A DNA stretch of 64,000 bases. Source: Antedon mediterranea (lineage: Eukaryota > Animalia > Echinodermata). Below the pieces are notes generated by a model, which worked only from the letters and a program-made list of their open reading frames with translations, was not told the DNA's origin and ran no database searches. The stretch's first letter is position 1, and every line of letters begins with the position of its first letter. This document shows, piece by piece, positions 41,631 through 52,295 of the stretch. The DNA is taken from assembly GCF_964355755.1 (NCBI RefSeq), contig NC_092670.1, forward strand, positions 20,756,795 to 20,820,794. The letters run 5' to 3'. Position numbers and translations under genes: made by a program.

Positions 41631-42089
41631 CAAAGATTGTATAGCGCCGCTACGCGGCGCAATATAGGTAACTGGGTGAGACCTTTGTAATCCATGGACG
41701 CCATTCCGGCGGACAAGTTTGAACCGGAATAAAGTCGTTGTCAAGGCAATATCCACGATTTTTCGGTTAAAGAACGAAGTTGTCTAACCAAACATATCAA
41801 TGTAAACACACAGAATTAATCGGAAAGTGTCCAGATCCCAAAGAAACTTTTATTTTACTTTGTTTACATAATTTCTTCCCTTTTCCAAGAATCAATCATA
41901 AGGATGGTTAACCACAGATACTTCGAGGCGGACCGCAAACTTTAAACCATTTACATTTAAATCACAATAATAACCTGTCCGCCCGAATTAAATGGCGTCC
42001 ATGGATTTACTGGGCGCGTAGTGTTATAAGATAGGAGCTTGGCAACAGTTACCTATCTTACGCCGCGTAGCGGCGCTATATAATCTTTG
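41631..42089. mobile_element. Non-autonomous TIR element with CAAAGAT..ATCTTTG ends and 7-bp TSD TTTAAAA (P-element-like)
   Basis: About 40-bp imperfect TIRs CAAAGATTGTATAGCGCCGCTACGCGGCG / CGCCGCGTAGCGGCGCTATATAATCTTTG. A 52-bp mini version is at 42964-43015. Confidence 0.75.
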
Positions 42090-42102
42090 TTTAAAATACA
42101 GT

Positions 42103-43656
42103 CAGAGCCATTTAAATAAAGAGTTACGACATTGGATTATAGTCACGTGATATGCAGATCAATTTGTGTCAAACTTGTCTAGTCTCCGTTAATGCATGGA
42201 GGTATATGCATGTAAAGTATAGGAGCAAGAAAATACTTTACACTTGTTCTTATATTTAAAAAAATGTAATTGTACATTACGGTGAAATATCGATGTGCAC
42301 AGCGTACAGAAGTACTTGCGGCAAAGAATATTGCGCGCGCGTGCGCTAGTACATTAACGTTCGATTGATTGATTTTGGAACGAAACATCCCATAACTACG
42401 TCCTATTAATAACAATTATGTAATATTTTCAATTCATAATGCATTCTTTGATGGCTAAATAAAAAAATAAAGTGTCGTGGATATATTTGTTAACATATTG
42501 AATAGGGTATGAACAATATTAAAATATTAAAGGCAAATTATTACAAATGAAATGATAAACGAGTCTCGGAAAGTTTGTGTCAAAAACACACACAGAGCCA
42601 TATACTGTATAAAAAGAGGGGTAAATTTGTGTTTTTTGTATTGGTTCATGCTTTGATGTATTCTGAATTGCATGTAGGCCCTAGCATTTATTCTTTTGTT
42701 ATTATAGACACAATATATATATATGTTACCAAATTAATACCATTAATACAATTAATTACTAAATAAAAACGGAATCTAAGCGTTATTTCATAGACAAAAA
42801 ATTCTAAAAAAAATGCATGAACTATAGGAAAACGCTATACAAAATAGACGCGCGCGCCCTCAGCGTGCGAATTCTTTAACACAAAAATGGCTTCTAATTT
42901 TCAATGTCGTAACTCTTTATATGGCTCTGAATACAGTCAGTCTGAGCTCAGTCTATATTATATCAAAGATCGTATAGCGCCACTAGCGCCACTTCGTGGC
43001 GCTATAGTATCTTTGATATATATGGCTCTGAATACAGTCAGAGCCATATTTTGAGAGAGTTACGACTTCGAATGGATTAGAAGCCGTGTCTGTGTCCAAC
43101 TATTCCTATGTAGCGTATGAAGTTGAGTCTTTTGTTTTGAAAATGTATATGCCTAACGTTCAAAAGGCTTTAATTATCGAATTTAATATCAAAACAATCA
43201 ATTTGTTTAAAGGTTTTTGTTAAAATAATAAAAAAATTATAAAGTTACTGCGAACATGATTTTAAACAACAAAAATAGCAATTTCGGAACGGTTCTGGTT
43301 GTGCGCTCCATGCACGCTCTACGCGTGCGCGTTTAGTTTGTACAGCGATTCTCTATAGTAATGCATTGTTTTTACATTTTGTTGTTTAAAATCATGTTCG
43401 CAGTAACTTTATGATTTCGTTATATTATCTTAACAAAAACCTTTACAAATTGATTGTTTTGATATTAAATTCGATATTTAAAGCCTTGTGAATGTTATAC
43501 ATTTTTTAAGCAAATGACTCGACTCCATACGCTACATAGGCAAAGTTGGACACAAACATGGCCGGCGTGCACACCACGTGACTTTCTAAAATCCGTGAAC
43601 GCAATGCCGTAACTCTCTCTGAATACAGTCAGAGCCATAATATATGGCTAGCTCTG
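42103..43656. mobile_element. Four tandem CAG..CTG TIR elements separated by the same 8-bp target AATACAGT
   Basis: AATACAGT at 42095, 42930, 43031, 43622 and 43657; elements 42103-42929, 42938-43030, 43039-43621 (long fold-back arms) and 43630-43656. Confidence 0.8.
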
Positions 43657-45628
43657 AATACAGTATGTTGAAATCGAAGTTGACGAAATCATATGCCCTA
43701 AACAATCTATATTATTAATCTATATATAAATTTACGTAAGGGCAAAATTCGGTAAATCGCGCGTTTCTTCTATAATGTTTACTCGATTGTATATAAAGTT
43801 GGTTCGTACTTTCGGTATTGATTTTAACCACCTGATGTAACCCTGTTTACTAATTAAATTGAGTTAGATAATTAGTTATTGACAATTAAAACGAATTTAG
43901 GTTCAACGATTTGCCCCAAATAGGGGTGTTTTCCGATCGTGGTATACACTGTCTAATGGATGTCTATCCTGAAAAATACCCGCTCACAATAATACGAGGA
44001 TGCTTCGCATTTTCCTATCATTCTCCTGCTACGATTGTTTGTAATAGCTTAAAACCGGTTGAACAGATCGAGTACAGTATCATAATGTTGAAGACAGGCC
44101 GATTTTCTTTAAACAATACTATTTTGATAGATTTAATATACGTTTATACAAATGTATTGATTTGCGATGAATGGAACATTCCAATCTCTCAGACTCCCAG
44201 TTTGTAGGTAAATTTATGAGCCCTGGTTTAAAACAAGTAGGTAAAAAAAATTCCTGCATGGGAAAACGGTCCTTTTTAAAGTAATCCCAACTGATCGATT
44301 TATATATAGATTCGAAACAGATGAATTGGGCTTGAGTGAATAACTTCGCAAAAATTCCAAAAACATTTTTAACACACGTTTTTTATTGTAAGTATACGGT
44401 ATCCATGAGGTAAATTGTAAACTTCCATGTTTTATCAATCCATTATGAAAAGGTTACATTATGAGCAATAGCCTTACTAGTATTATTATTACTTCTGTTA
44501 TTACTTGTTTTGGTCTGTTCTGGTGGTCTGTGCCTTAAAATATCTATAACTACAGTATTCTTATACGAATTTAAGAGGATTCCTCTTGCTACAGGCTGAT
44601 AGTTATCCCTCTGAATTAAAACTCGGCCTCTAAGATTGTTCTGGGGAGAAGCAATTAATGCACACATTTTCTGTGTATTTTCAATGTAAGAGCATAGACT
44701 CTTATTTTACCTAAAACATACTGTAGGTAAAGGGTCCTCCTAAATACCAAGACCTACCAAGAACTACCCAATACCTACCAAGATGATATAAACCTATGAT
44801 GCAGTTATTGGCAATTATGAATAAATCCGTGACCTAATCATACAGTTCTCTCGTTTATCCTAATTGTTGTTCCATGTATGTTAACGTACGTTAACAGGTG
44901 GTTTCAGATTTTTTAGACTGTAGGTTTAACTCTCACATACGAATAGTACGTTTTGTATGGTGTGTGATAGACTCTGGAGCTTTGCTAGGTAATTTAAAAG
45001 GTACAATATGATGTTGATCCTCTACTAGCCATGGGCCCGCCCAGGTCTCACATTTTGAGCTACCGTAAAACCTTGGAAAAAAGCCCGTTAAGCTATTAAA
45101 ATATATTAGGCAAAAATGTTTCTGGTCACAATGCAAACCTCGAAAAGAAGCCCCCTTAACCGTATGTGGATTACGGTGCAAACATTCACGCAACTGTTCA
45201 CACATCATGTACCCTATAAATATAGGCGTTTGCGGGCGTGTATCATAATACACGCAAATGCCGTCAAACAAAAAGCGTTGTTTTTATTTAATTTTAATCT
45301 TTTAACGAACACATGGAAGAAAAAAATTCAATTTTTAGAGATGAGATAATCAATACAAATCTTAATGAAAATTAAAAGTCGATGCGTTACACATGAATTA
45401 TATTAATTATTCATTTTTATAAAAAAGTGTTAATGTACATAACGTACTATAATTACATTATTTATTACAATCAACAAACAACTGACTCATGTTTGCAGCC
45501 GATATTCAAAGTACCGTGCTTAAATAACATTGTTATTGTTTCAAATTGTTACTGTACTAAAGTTAGGTACAGTATATTTTCTAAAAAAAATTTATTTAAT
45601 TAACAAATTTCCCAAGAAGGTGCACAGA

Positions 45629-47164
45629 TTATGCCAGATAAGCCTTCACATATCTCTGAATTGTAGTTCTGCAAATCGGACACGACGACAGGTTTTCTGC
45701 ACACGACACGCATGTGGCAAGATGAGAACATGGCACAAAAAGCACACATGCTTCATTGTCCATGCAGATCTTACAAGTGCCCTTTTCCCGAAGATCGCGC
45801 AGAGTAGATTTCAATTCTTCTGACAAGTTTTCTTCATCAGACTCTGAAGATGTTGATCTACGACCTTGACGACTGGTGGTACTGTCGTCGTTTTTAGGCA
45901 ACTCCAATGCCTGGTGCTTGCTCTTTCCATTTGCTTGCAGAGAATCATCTTTACAGTTCTGAGAATCGCCCTTCAAAGAATCAACCTTGCTGCAGCTCAT
46001 AGAATCCGACTTGAAGCTTGATTCATCATTCTCGGCCATCATAACTGCATCAAACAGTTCCGCAGCAGAATTGAAGTTGTCACCAGTTGATTTAAGTCTG
46101 CGCTGGACAACTTTTTCCACTTGTTTGATGTCATAACCCATCTCCAGAATTTGTAGAACATATTTTGAGTGCATGGCATCTTGTAATGTAGTCTGCTTTT
46201 TGCTTGTATGTTGAGACGGCTTTTGCTGATTTCTCTGTTGAGATGGCTTTTGCTGATTTCTCTGTTTTTGTTGGCTTTGATCACTAAGTGGCATTTTCAG
46301 ATTTGGAAAGTCTCTCTGAACCTTTTGAATAAAATGTTTTCCTTTCTTTTGTATCAGCCACTCGCACTTTGGAAACCACTTAGCATGTTCAACCCAAGGG
46401 TCATCATTAATCCCCCAGCTACGTAATCCTCCCCCGCAATAAAAACACTTTGTGTCAGTCGGACTGTCTTCCAGAGCGAAAAATCCAGCCTCAGCTATTA
46501 CATATGGTTGTTGGTAAGTCTGCCATCTTTTAAATGTCTCTTCACGTCTATCTGCACTGCTGTATTGTGGAAACAATGTCCGTGTTAATGGCGGCTGTCG
46601 TTGATTACTACCGTGCCTTATCAGTGTGTTTGTATCAAGTATTCTCGCTGTCTGTCTTTGTGGTTGTTTAACAAGATTTTGATGCAATTGCTGTTTTTTT
46701 ATTGGATTAAAATATTGATTACTATTTACTTTTGCTGCTCTGACAACTTTTTCAGAGTTCGTCTCATCAGATTGTTTCAGTAACTGACATTGAGGATAGT
46801 GTCTCCTGTGTTCCGCATCGGCTGCATCACCTACTTCCCAATCTCTAATTTGACCACCACAGGAGTAGCATTTGACAATGTCCCTGCATCCTAGGTAAAA
46901 TAATCCTGACTTTGCTAACGACGTTGCTGAGATGATGTCTGTGATTGGCCAATTCTTAAAAGATGCCAATCTTGTAAAGTAAGATGACATATCAGGGGGT
47001 TCCGTTGATGTGCTGTCAGTTTCGACGTCACTACTAAGTTCGCATGAGTCATTTATGTCACCACCATCACATTGATCTTCTCCACTTCCTCTCCCATTAT
47101 AAGTAGGTTTCTGCTTGCTCTTCTGTCTTGTAAGGTCATCATGTTTGTTTTGCCTATGGCTCAT
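45629..47164 (-). CDS. Inhibitor of apoptosis protein, BIR-BIR-UBA-RING (cIAP/XIAP/BIRC7-like, no CARD), about 511 aa, single coding exon
   Basis: BIR1 RLASFKNWP..CYSCGG..W..EHRRHYPQC; BIR2 RREETFKRW..CFYCGGGLRSW..DDPWVEHAKWFPKC; UBA-like ILEMGYD..FNSAAELFDAV; C-terminal RING CKICMD..FVPCSHLATCVSCA..CPICR. The first ATG is at 47164; the track start at 47170 is a GTG just after the acceptor at 47173-47174. Confidence 0.96.
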   Translation of the reverse strand: MSHRQNKHDDLTRQKSKQKPTYNGRGSGEDQCDGGDINDSCELSSDVETDSTSTEPPDMSSYFTRLASFKNWPITDIISATSLAKSGLFYLGCRDIVKCYSCGGQIRDWEVGDAADAEHRRHYPQCQLLKQSDETNSEKVVRAAKVNSNQYFNPIKKQQLHQNLVKQPQRQTARILDTNTLIRHGSNQRQPPLTRTLFPQYSSADRREETFKRWQTYQQPYVIAEAGFFALEDSPTDTKCFYCGGGLRSWGINDDPWVEHAKWFPKCEWLIQKKGKHFIQKVQRDFPNLKMPLSDQSQQKQRNQQKPSQQRNQQKPSQHTSKKQTTLQDAMHSKYVLQILEMGYDIKQVEKVVQRRLKSTGDNFNSAAELFDAVMMAENDESSFKSDSMSCSKVDSLKGDSQNCKDDSLQANGKSKHQALELPKNDDSTTSRQGRRSTSSESDEENLSEELKSTLRDLREKGTCKICMDNEACVLFVPCSHLATCVSCAENLSSCPICRTTIQRYVKAYLA

Positions 47165-47820
47165 GTTCACTACTGGAATAAAGAAATAAGTTTGTATTTT
47201 GTAAGAAGGAACAGTATAATTACACTACGTAATCTAAAGTGGTCAAACAAACTTACCAAACAGGTAACACTTCTCAATTAGGCTAAACCAAGAGATAATG
47301 ATTAACAAATCTAAACCTGGTATTTTATATATGTTGACTAATTTATTACTAAATTAAAAATTAGATTCATGGGTAAAACCAGTTTATTGCATATTGTTGT
47401 TGTTGTAGCTTTGTATTCTGCGTAATTACGAAATTCCGGTTTCCATTTAAAAATTAATAGTTAATACAGTAACTTCCCAGTCGGCCATAATTACATCATT
47501 TTAAAATCAATATAAATAGGCTACAGAAGAGTAGGCTTACCACTATCGGTATGACGAAATAACATAATGGAACAGTTAGCCGTTCAGTGGCCTGATCGTA
47601 CAGTACAGTAGGCCCTATCCTATCCCTGACCAGCCTCTAAATAGCCGGCCTAGTAGGGCCTAGCTAGGCCTAAAATAGTAGCTAGTAGGTAAGGTAGGCT
47701 AACTAATAATAAATCCCCAGTTATTATTCGATATTTATAATAAATAGCAGGTTTTTTAAAGAAGTAAATTAATGTATAGTCTATACTATACTATTCTATA
47801 CGGTTAAAAAAAGATCTTAC

Positions 47821-47909
47821 CTTCCAAAATAAATTTGATGAAATAGACGACACACGACATGAATACAGTACATAAAAAAACACCGGAAATTTCCGAAGCT
47901 CTATTTATA
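47821..47909 (-). promoter_or_regulatory. Putative IAP core promoter and non-coding exon 1
   Basis: TATAAATA on the minus strand (47902-47909); palindrome CGGAAATTTCCG (47884-47895, kappaB-like); strong donor AAG|GTAAGA at 47820; matching acceptor at 47173. Confidence 0.55.
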
Positions 47910-49812
47910 GTCGATGACATCATTATTCATACTGTATTATCGACCATTCATGAACTTTATTGAACCATTGAGGAAAACCATATAATAATTGGACGAGTCG
48001 CAATCCTGTTTTTTAAAACCGTCTATACTTCACGTGACATCTATTGTAAATTCCTGACGTACTTTCCATGTTCCTATTTTGATCGATGCACAGAGGAGTG
48101 ACATCATCGTTACCATAAGATAAAGAAAATACAATATGTGTGGAAAATTGAATATTTTATTTATAGTACTTTGTCTCCAATTGTATTACGGCCAGATTTC
48201 CGGTATAATTATTTTTTATTATCAAATAAATCAATTATTAAATATATTTTGTTGATGAAAATCCGATTAGTCCTAATACATTTTTATAATGACATTTATA
48301 TAATAGTTTTTAAATGAAATAAAATAAACATATACAAAAATATCTTGATAAAAACACACAAGAGTAGGTCTACATCATCGATAAAAAACAATACACGAAA
48401 ATGAACTGTACAACAATTATCGCAATCAGTAAAATTATTGAAATTATCAATCAAATGCACAGCCTGCAGATATTTTTGTTTTTTTTGTCTGAAAATTAAA
48501 ATTGTTGATGCGGCCTATACTGTGACAAACACCGTGGTTCAATATCGGAGGGGGAAGGCTGTTCAATATTCAAAGGTTTTAAAGCACAAACAAAACTGCG
48601 GAATAGGCCTATACAGGGAACCAAGGGTCTGATAGCCTTGATCTACCGTAACGAATGAAAGGTTCCTTCAACAAAACAAATTCGAAAAAGTGGCCCGGAC
48701 TCGGACTGTAGGACGCACGATAACGATTAATAACGTATTTCGTAAGCTATAGATATTATTTGTTAAGAATACGTTTTTAAAGAATATTTTACAAAAACAA
48801 AGTAAATAACCGGAATTTGTGTCTCACTACGTTTTTATTCCATAAATCGAGAATGCTAATTCTTATTATGTTTATTTTATTATTATTACTGTCACACTGT
48901 AGTACAAAATGTATTCAGCCTATCAAGTTTAATTATCAATACTTGCATACATATTTGCAATATTACGTCACGGAATCATTGAAGTTGAAGTACATAGCAT
49001 GGAATGTATTTATTTATAAATATTGTAATAAATATTTATAATATATTTTTTAATTAGGCCTATAGACAGAAAAATAAATACGATTGTACTGCTTTGGCAC
49101 ACACTGTACATTGCAATATCATAGTCTGGGTTCCAGACGGAGTTTTGACTTAATATTATAAGTAAAAATATAAATATTTTGACACATAATGGCGTTTCAT
49201 CCATACGTATACTATTTGAAGTTGTAAAGTTGTGTTTTCAGACAAAACTCGAAACGTGGAATAACATAAATAAAGACAATAAATAGGCCCTCCAGACTTG
49301 GGGCGAGTCTATAATATCATACAAAATAAAACAGTAAAATGAAGAAAAAAATGGAAATGTCGGTGGAGAATGGTATTATAATATATTATTATTATATTCA
49401 TGGAGGATGGGAAGAGTTAGTGCGGTCAGCTTTTGCTAATGTTTTAATTGATTCCAGAAAAAATCACCCCCCCCCCCCCCATTCAATATACAATAAAATA
49501 TACTGGTCACTTTAATAACGATAAATCTAGTTTACGATAATTAATTCCCTTTGAAGTAGCACTTAAAAATCAAGCATCAATTAATAATATCGTCATTTGT
49601 GAATAATGTTGTATCAGGCAACACAAAATAACTTTCCATAAACAATTTAAAAGTTACATAACTATAAATAATATTACCTAGGCTATTTTACTTAATTCCG
49701 AGTGAAGTTATTTATAAAAAGTTATAGATCACTGATAACACTGACAAAAAAATGTTCCAGAAGAGTGATTGTTCGAATTGGTGGTCAATCATGTAAGGTT
49801 TGAATGGTAAGC

Positions 49813-51376
49813 CTAAAATATATCCTCAGCATCATCGTCATTCGGTGGAACTCCTCTTTCATCCTGGTTCGTTAGTGGATCGGCTCTACCTTCCTCTACT
49901 AGATTTTTAAAAAGACAGTTACATTTCAGAATTTATAACAAGTAATGTGCAATAAAGTATACTTTTACGTATTTATATCTATACGTAGACGGAAGTGGAC
50001 GGTGACGATATATATCCGATATTATTTTGATTTGATACCGGTAATTATCATATCAGTTTCAGATTGTAACACATGATTACATGATGTTAAATTAATGTAT
50101 ATAAATATATAAATATTTCAATAAAGAAATTGAAATACAAACTGTATGTTTTGTCTAGTACCGGTAAGGTATGGAATATAATAGGCCTAATTGTTTTAAT
50201 GCAATGCTGAATAAAGTTTTGCTTTTTCACAAAAGGCAAATTAGAATTAAAACTTACGATCGGTCGAATGTTGGTCGTCACTTCGTTTGCGCCATGCCCA
50301 CCAGATATACATGCCGACCATCAGACAAATCACAGCCAAAATAACTGGGACGACAATCAGGTAATTGCCTGAAAAAAAAAAAACCACCGATACAACGTAT
50401 TTGACACATGGCACAATTGTGGGGAACTAACTGTTATTTTTGTAGTGTTAAGCAAAATCACAGAATATGAAATTAATATGTTAATAAAAAATAATAAAGA
50501 AAAAATTACTACCGCGTATACTCTTAAACCCTGTCTACACTTTCAAACTAGTTTGATAAAAAAAAAGTGTGATATGCTCAAATATGGTAGTGATATGACA
50601 TCATCATGTCCATATATGGGCACATCAGATTTTTTTGTCACATAAAGTTTGATAGTGTAGACAGTAGTAGTAGTACTGTTGCTAGGATCGGGCGTATTAT
50701 TTGAATCAGTTGTGTACATAATGTCAGAAAATGATGAAGGCATCAAAGATGTTGATTCAATCATCGTTGTCGTTGTTGCTGAAGGTACCATGCCTAAATA
50801 AAGATTGAGTATAATATATTTGTGTGTTTAAACAAATGTTATTTAGAGCAGGGAGATGTAATCTCCCTGTTTAGAGTTATGTACGCTTACGCCTATTTAT
50901 TTAAATGTTTCGTTATTTCTTTATATACATTTAATTTATGTTTGACTTAAGTCAATGCTATCAATCGTGTTGGTACATTGGAGTGGCGGATCCAGTATTT
51001 CTATCAACTTACAGTTTACACTGTAGGCCTAAATGTTAGTGTTATAAATGTATACATATATGCCTACATTTCCATGTGAAATGTACCCGCCACACGATCG
51101 ACATTAATACGGCACCAGAGAATTAGTTTTTGCCTCAACACATAGGCCTACAGTATATATAGTATACCATATACAAAATGGATCAAGACAATATCGCTTT
51201 TATACACTTCATCATGTTATTCCAAAAGTACCGTACTGCACAAATAGTGTCCAGCTTACCTGGGCATAGATTGTTACACAAGGTCACATTGTAAAAGGGC
51301 GAGTCATCATTGCAAATCAGGTTGCAGTTTTAACATAAACCTGTTTGTTCGTTACGAAACGTACCCGTAGTACATA
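49813..51376 (-). pseudogene. Degenerate paralogue (copy 1) of the Cys-rich TNFR/Grindelwald-like receptor
   Basis: CRD exon 51260-51376 reads CTTGTFRNEQTGLC*NCNLICNDDSPFYNVTLCNNLCP (TAA at 51330-51332; conserved Cys changed to Arg). The Thr/Ser stalk exon starting at 50793 runs into a MITE with no donor. TM exon 50258-50368 (YLIVVPVILAVICLMVGMYIWWAWRKR); terminal exon 49813-49898. No intact signal-peptide exon found. Confidence 0.7.
50528..50664. mobile_element. MITE family A copy fused to the stalk exon of the receptor pseudogene
   Basis: CTGTCTACAC..GTGTAGACAG; the right terminal bases are replaced by the (TAG)n Thr-codon run of the exon. Confidence 0.8.
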
Positions 51377-51669
51377 CTAGTTGTAAATAAAAGACGTTTT
51401 TATATAACTTGTTATCAAATCAGTTAATATCGGCTAGGAAAACTGATACTTAAAACTCATGATTAAACAATTAATATTTTGCATAAGAAATGAAAACAAA
51501 AAATACTTTAAAATTGTTGATTTTATATAATGTTTTTTTTAATCCCCTGTGAGTGTTGAAGAAAGTATATCAATTGAATTAATTAGTATGTCTGTACTCT
51601 ACATGCAATAACTGCTTCGTGAACGTGAAATCATGGTTATTTCCTCCATTGAATATGAATGACAATTAA

Positions 51670-52295
51670 AGCCCCATTCCCTACGTTTTTTAGATCTAAT
51701 TTAAGATCACAAACTATATTTAATGTAAAAATAATACTATATGGTCCTATTGCGATAACTTTTTTCGTCTTTAAACGGTTAAAAATGTGAAAAATAAATC
51801 GATTTTAATAATTATAGCGGCCCGCTATAAATCCCAAAATGCATTGCGCGCGGATTGCTATTGTTGTTTTTCACCTGTAATTCGCCCACTTTTCGATCGA
51901 TCGTGAAGCCAAAACAAATGGAAGACTCCTAACTTTTCAGCGAAAATACTGGGTTTTCCCCAATTTGTATCAACGGAGGTTGGCAAAAATAGAAAGACAA
52001 TTAATGCAGCAACTATACAACGTCAGACTAGGTATATAGCTAGCGTACGATGTTCGTACGTTACCGATGTTTACCAGCTAGGCCTACAAAACTAAGCCTA
52101 GCTAGGCTAGGCCTGAGACCGTCCACGAGAGGTCGATCGCCGCGAGCTACTTAGGTAGTGCATTGTTTCTCACTTTTTATCATAATTTACCATAAAACGT
52201 ACATTTAAGAAAAGGAATGACATGATTTAATGTTTTTAAAGTGATATATATGTATTATTTTCCAAAAAACGTCCAAAATTGCAGGGAAGGGGTCT
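51670..52295. mobile_element. Non-autonomous TIR element with TTAA TSD (Kolobok-like)
   Basis: TTAA|AGCCCCATTCCCT ... AGGGAAGGGGTCT|TTAA. Confidence 0.6.

Noticed and set aside
42095-43664. CRISPR-like repeat-spacer appearance
   Set aside because: Eukaryotic context, no cas genes, and spacers of 27-827 bp that carry their own TIRs; better explained as stacked transposon insertions.
43700-44200. Possible Helitron 5' end (TCTATAT..)
   Set aside because: No convincing 3' hairpin plus CTAG terminus found.
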